64,000 bases of DNA from a virus, in the IMG/VR virus record IMGVR_UViG_3300037628_000643, positions 32,001 through 96,000 of that record, one strand, 5' to 3'. The position numbers and the translations under genes are program-made. Below are positions 29,747 to 39,184 of this stretch, in pieces. Position 1 is the stretch's first letter, and every line of letters begins with the position of its first letter. Below the pieces are notes generated by a model, which saw only the letters and a list, made by a program, of their open reading frames with translations, was not told the DNA's origin and made no database searches.

Positions 29747-30766
29747 TTATTTCTCCTGTTGATTATTCTTGAGTATAAATTCTTTTCTAAAGTCACGAGA
29801 ATCACAATTAGTAATTTCTTCTCCATTATCCTTTCTATACAATACACTACCATCTTCATTCTGGCAAATCAAGTCATAACCTACGATTAAGCTGGGATGA
29901 TATTTATGACAAGGTTTGAATCCTTGCATGTCATATGGTTTAATTTCTTTTTTGCTCAAAAAACAATGACCCATTCCTGTTTCAAGAAAAGTTATATAAC
30001 TACAATTAAAACAATCAGGCTCAGATATATCTTTACCAGTACAGAACTTGTATGCTTCACAGCTTTGATAGGATTCACTTCCCCAAATGCAAAGCGGCTT
30101 CGAAACGGCGAGTGCCCAAGATGCTTCTGGCATTTTGTCTGTAGCGATAATGTTTTTTGCTTTTTCTTGGAGTTCCTTGAATTTAACCTCATCGAACAGT
30201 GTTTCAACGACAATGGTTCTATAGTCACCTTTAGAGTTTTTCCTTTCGCGCCCTCCATGAGCTGAAGCGAATAGTATATGCTTATGAATGCCACTATAGC
30301 CCATGTAGAACTGTGATTGATTGTAATATAAAGGAGACCACTTCTCAAGTGCTGAATGCTCGTCTTTCGCAATTAACTTTTCAAGCTTGTCTCTTTTTTG
30401 CTTGTCTGTTGATTTCATTTCCCAGACGTACTTTTCACCATCCCACACAAACTCGCCGTCTGAGTGTCCGCGAGTGAAACCATCAATAAACGTAAACTGA
30501 TTACCGTCCTCATCTACTGGCTTGAAATCAAAACCAGCCGCCAAAAATCTGTCACCTATGGTTTTTTCTGTTTTATGGCCGTCAAAAAAATGACTAGCTG
30601 ACTGATAGTTAATAAATGGCGTATATGCGTGCCTAAAGGATAGCCACTGTTTGCGATCACATCCCCCGAAAGATGACATACCTAAATAAGTTCTTTGGGT
30701 ATTATCCTTATTAGCTTCCTCTTCCATAGATTTAAATAATCTATCTAATATTTTTTGATGCTTCAT
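29747..30766 (-). CDS. PD-(D/E)XK (Cas4-like) exonuclease
   Basis: R.YLGMS...C.R..W, GHSDG, WEMKS, Y.Q.Q.YM, C-terminal Cys cluster. Confidence 0.85.
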   Translation of the reverse strand: MKHQKILDRLFKSMEEEANKDNTQRTYLGMSSFGGCDRKQWLSFRHAYTPFINYQSASHFFDGHKTEKTIGDRFLAAGFDFKPVDEDGNQFTFIDGFTRGHSDGEFVWDGEKYVWEMKSTDKQKRDKLEKLIAKDEHSALEKWSPLYYNQSQFYMGYSGIHKHILFASAHGGRERKNSKGDYRTIVVETLFDEVKFKELQEKAKNIIATDKMPEASWALAVSKPLCIWGSESYQSCEAYKFCTGKDISEPDCFNCSYITFLETGMGHCFLSKKEIKPYDMQGFKPCHKYHPSLIVGYDLICQNEDGSVLYRKDNGEEITNCDSRDFRKEFILKNNQQEK

Positions 30767-30776
30767 TTGTTTTTTC

Positions 30777-31073
30777 CTAAGATTTTGAAAGCCTACCCAT
30801 TAAAGCTTCAGATATATTTACAAGTATTCTTCCTTTTGCATGAATAACCTTTACTCTTTGAGTCGTTTCAATTAAGCCCATTCTAAATGCAAGAATACCA
30901 AAAAGCTCATCAGCGAAACCTGAGGACATACTCATTACGTTAGAAAAGTCTAACCCAACAGTGCTTAAATCAGATATCTGCAAATCCACCTGATCTCTGT
31001 ATTTTATGGCTAGAACTCTTGTGCATGGGTCTGTTTCTGTGATAACAATTATGTTGTGAATTGTAGGATTCAT
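30777..31073 (-). CDS. STAS-like (DUF4325-type) protein
   Basis: V.LDFSNV..MSSGFADELFG; start moved to ATG 31073. Confidence 0.7.
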   Translation of the reverse strand: MNPTIHNIIVITETDPCTRVLAIKYRDQVDLQISDLSTVGLDFSNVMSMSSGFADELFGILAFRMGLIETTQRVKVIHAKGRILVNISEALMGRLSKS

Positions 31074-31507
31074 ACAGTTTCTCCATTTAGTCCTTCTCCG
31101 TTTTTGGAGTGCCACTCTATATGGTGTTTGCTACATAACCATCGCACAGAAAGTGGATCTGAATAGTCATCATGGTGGGCATTAGTTCTATGGGTATTTC
31201 CGCAAATTTCACATGGTTTTTTCTCTAACTTACCGTCTCTCACTGCATTACCCACTATTATTTGAGCATTTCTTTTTAATGGATTATTTTTAATCCATTT
31301 TTGCTTGCACTTAGCGCCAGACGCCTTTCCTTCTTTTGTCTTGCTGTATTCCTTCCTAGCAACAACCCTTTTCGGATTCATTGCCCTTGACTTGTCATAT
31401 GTACTCTGGCACTCTTTGCATTTTGGAGAAAGACCATCTGGACTAGCTGATCTCTTGCCAAACATTAATGATTCTTTTTCTTTGTTGCATGTCCTGCATA
31501 ACTTCAT
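31070..31507 (-). CDS. HNH endonuclease
   Basis: CxxC...CKEC N-terminus, PCEICG....AHHDDY..PL.VRWLC..HH..WH; start ATG 31507 with AGGAGA. Confidence 0.85.
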   Translation of the reverse strand: MKLCRTCNKEKESLMFGKRSASPDGLSPKCKECQSTYDKSRAMNPKRVVARKEYSKTKEGKASGAKCKQKWIKNNPLKRNAQIIVGNAVRDGKLEKKPCEICGNTHRTNAHHDDYSDPLSVRWLCSKHHIEWHSKNGEGLNGETV

Positions 31508-31519
31508 ATATTCTCCTAG

Positions 31520-31546
31520 AAAAAAAGGCCTCACTTAGAGGCCTTT
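31520..31546 (-). terminator. rho-independent terminator after SSB
   Basis: AAAGGCCTC-taagt-GAGGCCTTT plus T-run on - strand. Confidence 0.85.
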
Positions 31547-31607
31547 ATATTACCCATCAGAAGGGAATTTCGTCCGAATCGAAATCATCAAAATCGTTAC
31601 CAGTTAG

Positions 31608-32105
31608 CTAACTTTTATTTTGAAACGGATTAGCGCCCTGTTGAGCAGGAGAATTCCCCACCGCACCTTGAGCAGGAGCTGCAGTACCACCAATCGCCTT
31701 GGGGTTTTTAACCTCGTTTTTGTCTTCGTAGCCTTGACTCTTAACTACCTTGACCGTACCGGAGATCATTTTGCTAAGCAGATTTTTTGGGTCTAGCATC
31801 GCTTTTGGATCTGTTACGCCACATGCGTTGCATAGACGTCCATATTCTGAGCGAGCAACCTTATTCTCTGTTCCGTCTTTTTTGACAAGGTAGTAGTTCA
31901 TCCAGATCTTGCGACCATTGTATTTTTCGCCTACAACGTCGAGTACAACCTCAACATAAATAGAACTTTCATTTCCCTGCTTCGACTCAGAGCTTGCAAC
32001 AAGAAAGGTATTCTCATGCGCTTCCATCGCACCAAAATCACCGCCTTCCTGCATTTCTTGATCAATATTATCAAAGTTTGCGAAATCACCTAAATTAACT
32101 GTCAT
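31608..32105 (-). CDS. single-stranded DNA-binding protein (DUF669-type); possible readthrough extension to 31557
   Basis: G.KYNGRKIW, L..ACGV, KNEVK, Ala/Pro/Gln tail; next to Sak4. Confidence 0.85.
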   Translation of the reverse strand: MTVNLGDFANFDNIDQEMQEGGDFGAMEAHENTFLVASSESKQGNESSIYVEVVLDVVGEKYNGRKIWMNYYLVKKDGTENKVARSEYGRLCNACGVTDPKAMLDPKNLLSKMISGTVKVVKSQGYEDKNEVKNPKAIGGTAAPAQGAVGNSPAQQGANPFQNKS

Positions 32106-32152
32106 ATTTTATCTTCCTATTGCTTATTAAAAAATTATTTTGTTCTTTTTCT

Positions 32153-32938
32153 TTACCATGCTGCCAAAAGCGCATTAAGATCAAGAGGCATCTCATCAGG
32201 CAGACCTTTTTGCGATCTGTTCTTCGCAAGGAAAGATGGTCGCTCTGTCGTATGAATGACTCGCTCACCTGTTCCAACTGCTTTTGCAATACCGTCTTTA
32301 TCCATTCCTCCTTTTACTTTTCGGATAAACTTCTTGTACTTAGCAAAAAGTAATGCATCGCAATTCTTTTGCAAAAATCCAACAGCATCTTTATGAAGCT
32401 CTGGAATATAGCGATCATAAGGCTCGTTCTCTGGATCATTAACAGTTTTTACCTGTGAATGACCAATAAGCCAAACATTGATTTTAAGTTCTGATCGGAT
32501 AAACTCAATTAACTCGAAAAACTCTCCCCAAACTTTCAGAGATCGCTTATAACCTCCTCCATAGCCAAAGTCTTCGATATTATCTTTTGCCACACCTTTT
32601 TCATCGCCTTTCTTACACACAACGTCATGAATCAGTGGCTCTAATGCGCTAACACTATCGATGACCAAGTTCTCAATGCCAGATGCAGCACCTTGATTAT
32701 AAATCATGGTCAAAACACCGACTACCTCGTCATAGGTCTTAAGCTTAACTCGACCATCTTCAAAGACGTATTGCTGTGCAGTCTCAAGCTCTGCAGTACC
32801 ATCTTCTACCGGAATAAAGAACGTGTTCGGCAGGTTTGCGCAAGATGTTGTTTTTCCAATTCCTGGGACACCATAAAGAAAAATAATCTTCTTATGATCT
32901 CTTTTACCAATGGCTACATTACCAAAATCAAAACTCAT
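32153..32938 (-). CDS. Sak4-like ssDNA-annealing ATPase (AAA_24)
   Basis: YGVPGIGKTT, LVIDS, GYG.GY, LIGHS, AKNR. Confidence 0.88.
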   Translation of the reverse strand: MSFDFGNVAIGKRDHKKIIFLYGVPGIGKTTSCANLPNTFFIPVEDGTAELETAQQYVFEDGRVKLKTYDEVVGVLTMIYNQGAASGIENLVIDSVSALEPLIHDVVCKKGDEKGVAKDNIEDFGYGGGYKRSLKVWGEFFELIEFIRSELKINVWLIGHSQVKTVNDPENEPYDRYIPELHKDAVGFLQKNCDALLFAKYKKFIRKVKGGMDKDGIAKAVGTGERVIHTTERPSFLAKNRSQKGLPDEMPLDLNALLAAW

Positions 32939-32977
32939 AAATCTTACTCTCTCTTTTATTGAACGTGGGATTATACA

Positions 32978-33172
32978 CTACTTTTCTCCTGTTAATTTAT
33001 CGTACTCTTCTTTTGTGATCATAATGAAACTTGTTCCACTAATTAACTCAAAAACTTCATCTGCATCATCGTCGTACTCTTCTAAAAAATCATCCATCTC
33101 ACTCCAATCCCATTCGAATTGTTGACTTTGATGATTACAGAAATCTTCAATGATTTCTTTTTTATCGATCAT
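32978..33172 (-). CDS. hypothetical acidic protein
   Basis: 64 aa, ATGA overlap. Confidence 0.6.
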   Translation of the reverse strand: MIDKKEIIEDFCNHQSQQFEWDWSEMDDFLEEYDDDADEVFELISGTSFIMITKEEYDKLTGEK

Positions 33173-33450
33173 TTAACTACTCCTAGATTATATTGTTTAT
33201 TGTAAATATCTACAGGATTTTCACCTGAGATATTTATTCCTAGCAACTCACTAACCTTATCTATAAACTCTTGATCATCTGACTTAACCACAAAATCAGA
33301 AGAATCTATCTCAATCTCAAACTGAGACTCCTCACCGATATAGATACTTTTTCCATAGAGTGCTTCTATGTCTTTTTCTTCAGCTATAAACATACCTTCA
33401 AAGTCTACGTAATCTCCTTCTTCATGGTAAAACTCATATAGCTTTTTCAT
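33169..33450 (-). CDS. hypothetical acidic protein
   Basis: 93 aa, ATGA overlap. Confidence 0.65.
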   Translation of the reverse strand: MKKLYEFYHEEGDYVDFEGMFIAEEKDIEALYGKSIYIGEESQFEIEIDSSDFVVKSDDQEFIDKVSELLGINISGENPVDIYNKQYNLGVVK

Positions 33451-35771
33451 TCTTCATCCTCCACATATTTACTCGCAAAATACCTGTAAGCCTTTCTCCC
33501 TCTACCTTCTCCTTCTGGCTTCATTCTCACCTGACAACTTTCATTTATCAGATAATGAATCATTTCAGACCTGTCTTTACTGTTCACTGATTTGAATGGC
33601 GATCTCATCATCAAGTCTTTATTTAGGACACCTTTTTCCTCATACCTCTCGATTGCCTCATAAGCTTCTTTGTATCTCTTGTCCGTACTGTTCTCTACCA
33701 TTTCAAACTGAATGTACTCTATTAATTGCTCAAAACAAAAATCTACCAACATCACTGCAAATCTAACACTATGCTCTGTTATTTCTGTCGCATAAGGATC
33801 TCTTGATAATTCCATAATCAAGGATATTCTCATTGCTTTTTCGCGGTTACGAACAATCATTAGCTCCAAGCCATCTTTTCTTAATTCTTTTTTACGCTTA
33901 AGAATATTATCCTCATACTGATCGAGAAGTTCATACGATTCTTCGTTAAACGGAATTTCAATCGGATTCAATGGTCTAGAGTACACGTTCCTACCTTGGC
34001 CTCCTCCACTCTTGTTATGATGTAAAACTCTTCTTTCAATAGTCTCTATCCACGATAAAACCTCTTGAGGCACTGGGCTTGACAGCCTGTTCTTGCTCAT
34101 CTTTTGATCACCCTCTTGGGCAAACATGATAATGAATCGATTAAGGAATCCATCGCTAATCATCATCCTAGTCATTGCTTCAGAAAGTTTTTGTGGTGTT
34201 GTAGCTCCCTTTAATGTCACTGATGGTTTTAATATCGTTATTGAATTTTCACCAATATCTTCTGCCTTACCCTTAAGAATTTCACTTAGATTTGTAAATG
34301 AGTCAGAAGAATACGTAGAATCCTGCTTGCTAAATAACTCCATCCAAGACTTTACTTCTGACAGCTTATTTTCACTGGCATTCTTTGATCCAACAATTTG
34401 CATCCAGTGTGCCATTTCATCCTTATAGAACAATGCTCTTGGGTTGCTATAGAGCTCAGTAACAATCGCACTCTTGCCTGTAACCTCGCCTTTAATTAGC
34501 TGTGCTTGATTGGCAGAATACATAATTTTCGAGATCACCTTAAATGGGTGTTCTTTTCCTGTCCCTGTCTCGGCTACAGACATCACATATAGTGATGTGT
34601 AATTGTCAAAATCACTCACAAAATCACGACCAAGTATTGTAGAACATAGCGCAAGAGCTCCATTAATTGATGGCATATACAGTGGATATTTCGCTGTATT
34701 TAGAGTATATTTCACAATTTGACCCATAACTCCAGAGATGTTTTGCAGGTCAATAGGAGTGTCATTTAATTCTAATGTAGAATCATCTTCTTTCTTTATA
34801 ACAAACTTATCATGTTTACTTTCCTCAAATCTTCTTACAAATTCTGACAAATCAATATCTGCACCATAATCTTGTTCCCAACCATTGTCAAACGCAAATT
34901 TGAAAATAGTTCCTGCAGTGAATGGTTTCGGAATATTTGATGTGCTTGAGAATGAATCCCATTTCATTGACATTTGTGCATAATCATGTTTTGAAGATTT
35001 TCCACTCCACTCATCCCATAGGGCAAATCCATTATCTGACGAGCCAGTTTCAAATGATAATGCCATACCGATACTTAGCCAAAAATCATAATCAACTGTT
35101 TCGTCATTTGGAATTGACATTAAAGCGCTCTTGAGTTCGTCTATATCGGATGATCCTGCTTCATACGATGACTCCTGTACCACTTCGGTTTTTTCAACAT
35201 AAGCTATAAGTCGCTCTGGAGCTTCGCCTATTCTATCTATTGAAGATTTTTTAGCAGCAGTTATCTCATATTCAAATCCACTTTTATGCATTGATCCGCA
35301 TCCGACAACAAAACTTCCTTTTGACAGAAAATCAATGCCTTTTAGCTCTCTTATGTTCTTTGAGATTTTTACGTCAGATGGCTTCTTGAAATAGAAATGC
35401 TTTCCACCACTACCTGTAGTCACAATGAATTCACACTCACTCTCAATGTCAAAACCAACGGCTGCGTTTAAATCTTCTATTGCATTCTCATTATTTCTTG
35501 GGTCAAAATCAACAACAAAATCTGTATCAGATAGCACAATACCATATGACTGAGCAAAGACTTTATTGTCTATCAGTGCTTGTATTTCATTTGCTGGCTG
35601 AACTGGTTTTTTTGTCCAACCTGATATTTTAGGATGCTTATATTGATTTTGACATTCTGGATGTCCACAAGAACATTCGCCATCACTCACAGATCGGATA
35701 GGCATAATGTTAAAGTTTTCTTCTGCAAAATCTAATATCCATTCGTACATTGTATCTGGATTAAATAACAC
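33447..35771 (-). CDS. primase-polymerase (Prim-Pol + PriCT-2 + DUF3987-like helicase)
   Basis: CSCG...C....KHP, VVDFDPRN, TGSGGKHFYF, W..IGMAL...WDEWS, TGTGKE, DGFLNRF. Confidence 0.9.
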   Translation of the reverse strand: MLFNPDTMYEWILDFAEENFNIMPIRSVSDGECSCGHPECQNQYKHPKISGWTKKPVQPANEIQALIDNKVFAQSYGIVLSDTDFVVDFDPRNNENAIEDLNAAVGFDIESECEFIVTTGSGGKHFYFKKPSDVKISKNIRELKGIDFLSKGSFVVGCGSMHKSGFEYEITAAKKSSIDRIGEAPERLIAYVEKTEVVQESSYEAGSSDIDELKSALMSIPNDETVDYDFWLSIGMALSFETGSSDNGFALWDEWSGKSSKHDYAQMSMKWDSFSSTSNIPKPFTAGTIFKFAFDNGWEQDYGADIDLSEFVRRFEESKHDKFVIKKEDDSTLELNDTPIDLQNISGVMGQIVKYTLNTAKYPLYMPSINGALALCSTILGRDFVSDFDNYTSLYVMSVAETGTGKEHPFKVISKIMYSANQAQLIKGEVTGKSAIVTELYSNPRALFYKDEMAHWMQIVGSKNASENKLSEVKSWMELFSKQDSTYSSDSFTNLSEILKGKAEDIGENSITILKPSVTLKGATTPQKLSEAMTRMMISDGFLNRFIIMFAQEGDQKMSKNRLSSPVPQEVLSWIETIERRVLHHNKSGGGQGRNVYSRPLNPIEIPFNEESYELLDQYEDNILKRKKELRKDGLELMIVRNREKAMRISLIMELSRDPYATEITEHSVRFAVMLVDFCFEQLIEYIQFEMVENSTDKRYKEAYEAIERYEEKGVLNKDLMMRSPFKSVNSKDRSEMIHYLINESCQVRMKPEGEGRGRKAYRYFASKYVEDEE

Positions 35772-36313
35772 TAAATTACCTCTATAATTTCATTGAGTTT
35801 CAATCGATCTTCATTAAGATAAAGATTGAATACTGGAATATCGCTACGCTCAGCTATTGCAATCGCAGTCGATGTTCCTCCTCTTGAATACGGATTATCA
35901 TTAACCTCTGACCAGCAAATAACGCACATTGACGGACTACATAAATCTTTCCCTAACACCTGAAATACATTTCTTGTATGCAATATTTTTGCAGGAGTGT
36001 CGATGACATCCCAAAACGGATGCACACTTTTAGTTATAGCAATTGCCTTTCTGATATCCAATCCGTCATTAGGAATAATATTATGCAGGCTTCTTTCGTA
36101 CCCGTTATATGTATTCCATGGGATAAATATCTCTCTAAAATCATTTTCTGAATCCATGCATCCAGCTTCAAATGCTGAATCTGATCCTACCGCTCCACCT
36201 GATCGAAGAATGAAATTTTTGTCAGCCATTATTTTTCCAATGACTTGCATTTCTTCTAGGATGTTATTTGGAGCTGCTCTTGAGCCTACTCCTGTGTAGT
36301 AGTTAGTCATCAA
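35771..36313 (-). CDS. SLOG/DprA-like protein
   Basis: YTGVGSR, LRSGGA.GSD.AFE, RNVFQVLG, GGT. Confidence 0.8.
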   Translation of the reverse strand: MMTNYYTGVGSRAAPNNILEEMQVIGKIMADKNFILRSGGAVGSDSAFEAGCMDSENDFREIFIPWNTYNGYERSLHNIIPNDGLDIRKAIAITKSVHPFWDVIDTPAKILHTRNVFQVLGKDLCSPSMCVICWSEVNDNPYSRGGTSTAIAIAERSDIPVFNLYLNEDRLKLNEIIEVI

Positions 36314-36546
36314 GATATCTCAATAAGTTTGGTTCCATGTTTTTTGTATTCAGACGAATCTTCGTCGTCCAAATCTTCCAGTGTATGTACTTCAATCATA
36401 CGTTCATCCGGTTCTAAAGTATACACAACAGTTGCATGGTCAGCATACATTGATTCCTGACCATGATCCGCCCAAACTAAAATATCAGAGTCACCTTCTT
36501 TGTTCACGATGTTTTGTAGCCTCTCAATCAATTCGCTTGCTTTCAT
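36310..36546 (-). CDS. hypothetical protein
   Basis: MKASELIERLQ...GD N-terminus, GGAG RBS. Confidence 0.65.
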   Translation of the reverse strand: MKASELIERLQNIVNKEGDSDILVWADHGQESMYADHATVVYTLEPDERMIEVHTLEDLDDEDSSEYKKHGTKLIEIS

Positions 36547-36573
36547 TTTTTTCTCCTTTAAGTTCTTTTATAA

Positions 36574-37059
36574 TTAATTGGCAGCTATTGTTTCCAAAAA
36601 ATACATCCTATCTTCTATGAATTCACCAGAGCTAAGTATGCATTTAGCATTAACATTTAGATTTAGATCTAAATAAGTCCAGTTATCCCAATTGTTTATC
36701 ATCGCCCTAATAAAGCTTTCTGTATTCCCGCGAACATAGCATCGACCAATCCACTCATCTCTCAGTGATCTATCAGGAATAACTATTGACCAACATAAAC
36801 CAGACTCACTAAGAGCATTTTGTACATCAAAATGACTGCTAACAAAAATAATATCTACAGCTCCGATTAAGCTTTTAATATGCTCAATATAGTTAGCGGG
36901 AAATCTTGGGTTTCTTACACTTGTTTGTTGCCCATTACTGTCATATAGCCAACTAAAGCTACTCGAATCGCTATCGCTAATAACCAGACCTTCATATCCT
37001 TTGCCTGATAGATATGTTTTGCCTGTTGCTGGGAATGCGCTAACTATTCTGGTTTTCAT
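36574..37059 (-). CDS. P-loop kinase-like protein
   Basis: SAFPATGKT, DSDSS.FSW, FPANYI.HIK. Confidence 0.75.
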   Translation of the reverse strand: MKTRIVSAFPATGKTYLSGKGYEGLVISDSDSSSFSWLYDSNGQQTSVRNPRFPANYIEHIKSLIGAVDIIFVSSHFDVQNALSESGLCWSIVIPDRSLRDEWIGRCYVRGNTESFIRAMINNWDNWTYLDLNLNVNAKCILSSGEFIEDRMYFLETIAAN

Positions 37060-37125
37060 TTCCTTCTCCTAATCTTTCATTGGTTGCCATAATACACACT
37101 TGTTTTCATGTGTCAAACGCAAATG

Positions 37126-37308
37126 CTAATTAATTTTAGTTTTTTCCAGCGACCCACAAAAAAGGCACTCACCTTCGGAATCATCATATGTCTGACACTC
37201 ATCGCATACATATAACTCTTCTTCATAAGAATCATCTGGCTTATTCTTTTTTGTGTGAAACCCGCCTTGGTTTATCCCTGCGAATTTTGCAACTGGATTA
37301 TTCTTCAT
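37126..37308 (-). CDS. small zinc-ribbon protein
   Basis: CDEC...CLFCG, GAGG RBS. Confidence 0.6.
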   Translation of the reverse strand: MKNNPVAKFAGINQGGFHTKKNKPDDSYEEELYVCDECQTYDDSEGECLFCGSLEKTKIN

Positions 37309-37344
37309 TTAAATTTTCCTCAATTAATCTCTTGTAGGCCACGT

Positions 37345-37609
37345 ATTATATACCCTTAATCAGAAAAGTCAATAAAAAGAATAAAAAGGAGGAAGTAGGG
37401 AGATATAGGGAAAGTATAAGTATATCCTCTAACTGACAGAGAAGAGACTATAGAACTATACTATTTAATCATTTATTACTATTAAATTACTACTATTACT
37501 ACTACCACTGGGTTCGAACAGTGTTCGATAAAAAGAATTTTTTATACTTTTAATTCATTTTTATTCTTTTTATTAAACCGCTTGACTAACATTATTTCTT
37601 GTGTATTAT
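37345..37609. promoter_or_regulatory. divergent promoter region with nested inverted repeats (candidate origin)
   Basis: - strand TTGACT-N16-TATAAT (37372-37345); + strand TTGACT-N16-TATTAT (37582-37609); 17 bp inverted repeat 37371-37387/37558-37574. Confidence 0.65.
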
Positions 37610-37634
37610 CCTGAGCACACATGAGGAAAGAGTT

Positions 37635-37796
37635 ATGGATAGATCAAAAGAAATGGCAGAATCATATTTCTGCACAGGAAGAAAGGTTCGTATTGGAAAG
37701 TCTGATGTTATGCAAACAGTTTCAGGAATCAAAAAACTTGAGATAGCTATAAGCGACAAAAGAAATCTTTTGAAGGAGTTAAGATTATCAAGTTAA
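37635..37796 (+). CDS. small hypothetical protein
   Basis: GAGG RBS before ATG 37635. Confidence 0.55.
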   Translation: MDRSKEMAESYFCTGRKVRIGKSDVMQTVSGIKKLEIAISDKRNLLKELRLSS

Positions 37797-38347
37797 TAAC
37801 AGTAGACCAGAAATTTTTACTCGATGCGTTTATTTTCGATTATGAAACAGGAATGATATATCATAATAAAAACAGACCTAGGAGTCACTTTAAGACCCAA
37901 GGAAGTTATGGGTCATGGCTAGTAAGACACGCTGGTGAGTTTGCAGGGTCTGTGCATAATGAGAATACAATAGGAGGTCTATGCTATTGCAGAATAAGAA
38001 TTTACGGTAAAAACTATTTTGCACATAGACTAATATGGCTTTCTAAGTACGGTGTCAACCCTAAAATAATTGACCATATTGATGGTAACGGTTTGAATAA
38101 CAAGCTTTCTAATTTAAGAGAAGTTTCTGCAAAACAGAATTCATTAAACCGCTCAGCGCCAGTTAATGGTGTGAAGATAAATGGAGTTTACCATAGAAAA
38201 AAGTGTAATAGCTGGGAGGCATCAATAAAGGTTGATGGAACATATAAATATCTTGGAAGACACAAGACACTCCTCGATGCAGCCTGCGCAAGAATCTCAT
38301 ATGAAAACTTAGTTGGAGGATATAGAAGAGGTTTGAATAATGAGTAA
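37784..38347 (+). CDS. HNH endonuclease with AP2-like domain (start probably upstream of ATG 37853)
   Basis: AHRLIW, IDHIDGNGLNN..SNLR, W.A.I....YLG. Confidence 0.85.
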   Translation: MIKLITVDQKFLLDAFIFDYETGMIYHNKNRPRSHFKTQGSYGSWLVRHAGEFAGSVHNENTIGGLCYCRIRIYGKNYFAHRLIWLSKYGVNPKIIDHIDGNGLNNKLSNLREVSAKQNSLNRSAPVNGVKINGVYHRKKCNSWEASIKVDGTYKYLGRHKTLLDAACARISYENLVGGYRRGLNNE

Positions 38348-38837
38348 ATTCATATCGATAGACGCTGGGATTATCGGTGCCATAGCGTTCTTTGACGGAA
38401 AGAAACTAATCGGTGTCGAAGACTTCATTTATGAAAAACATGGAAAAAATAATGTTATCGATGCTTTTGACTTGATTTCGAAAATAATTGATTTCAAACC
38501 AGAAGCAGCAATTATTGAGCAGGTTGGATTTATCCGTGGTCAAGGTGGAGTGAGTTCGTTTTCTTTCGGAGGGCGGTTCGCTGAGGTGTGTATGATCTCA
38601 CGATTAGCAACCAAGAACCTGATTTTTCTAACACCAATGAAGTGGAAAAAGTCAGTTGGCCTAATAGGGTCTGACAAAAAACAAAGTGCTATAGTGGCTG
38701 CAAAAGTGTATCCTGCGCTATATGATTCTTTTGTTCAAAAAAATAATAGATGCAAAGGCGGCATTAAATATTTCGATGGCAGAGGTGACGCAGTTATGAT
38801 AGGATTGTCTGCAATTAAATTGGGAGAGGTTGGATGA
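38340..38837 (+). CDS. RuvC-like Holliday junction resolvase
   Basis: ISIDAG..GAIA, IIEQV, SFSFG, P.KWKK, DGR.DA. Confidence 0.85.
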   Translation: MSKFISIDAGIIGAIAFFDGKKLIGVEDFIYEKHGKNNVIDAFDLISKIIDFKPEAAIIEQVGFIRGQGGVSSFSFGGRFAEVCMISRLATKNLIFLTPMKWKKSVGLIGSDKKQSAIVAAKVYPALYDSFVQKNNRCKGGIKYFDGRGDAVMIGLSAIKLGEVG

Positions 38838-39019
38838 CCAATATAGAAAAAATGGCTATAGGTAGAATTGAGGCAATAGCCGATGATCTAGTAAGCTTAA
38901 CGTATACAAGACCAGAAGATATGGGGTTGGTATCTGAAAGTGGCACGGTTGCTAACAAAATATCAAGCGGACTAAGAGAGATTTCTAGCTGGGCAGAAGC
39001 TTTAAGGAAAAACCAATGA
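38834..39019 (+). CDS. hypothetical protein
   Basis: 61 aa, ATGA overlaps. Confidence 0.6.
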   Translation: MTNIEKMAIGRIEAIADDLVSLTYTRPEDMGLVSESGTVANKISSGLREISSWAEALRKNQ

Positions 39020-39183
39020 AAATAGTAGCTGGAGATTTAATTACGTATCTAGACTTAAAATCACAAGAAATTAGTGTGGATGCTCCATATTTTGATGGCG
39101 ATGATTCGTCGCGTGCTGTAATTGACGGAGTAGTAGATCTTGATGATTTGGCAGAATATTTAAATTATATAGCGGAGGAATAA
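39016..39183 (+). CDS. small hypothetical protein absent from ORF track (55 aa)
   Basis: MKIVAGDLITYLDL...YIAEE, AAGGA RBS, fills the gap exactly. Confidence 0.65.
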   Translation: MKIVAGDLITYLDLKSQEISVDAPYFDGDDSSRAVIDGVVDLDDLAEYLNYIAEE

Positions 39184-39184
39184 A

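Noticed and set aside
29747-30766. CRISPR-Cas system from Cas4-like nuclease
   Set aside because: No repeat-spacer array or other cas genes; context is Sak4/SSB recombination
37514-37528. Gram-positive-type LexA box
   Set aside because: GAAC-N3-GTTC spacing instead of N4, and the host looks Gram-negative; kept only as a palindrome
37495-37570. tRNA suggested by GGTTCGAA
   Set aside because: No cloverleaf, D arm or acceptor stem around it
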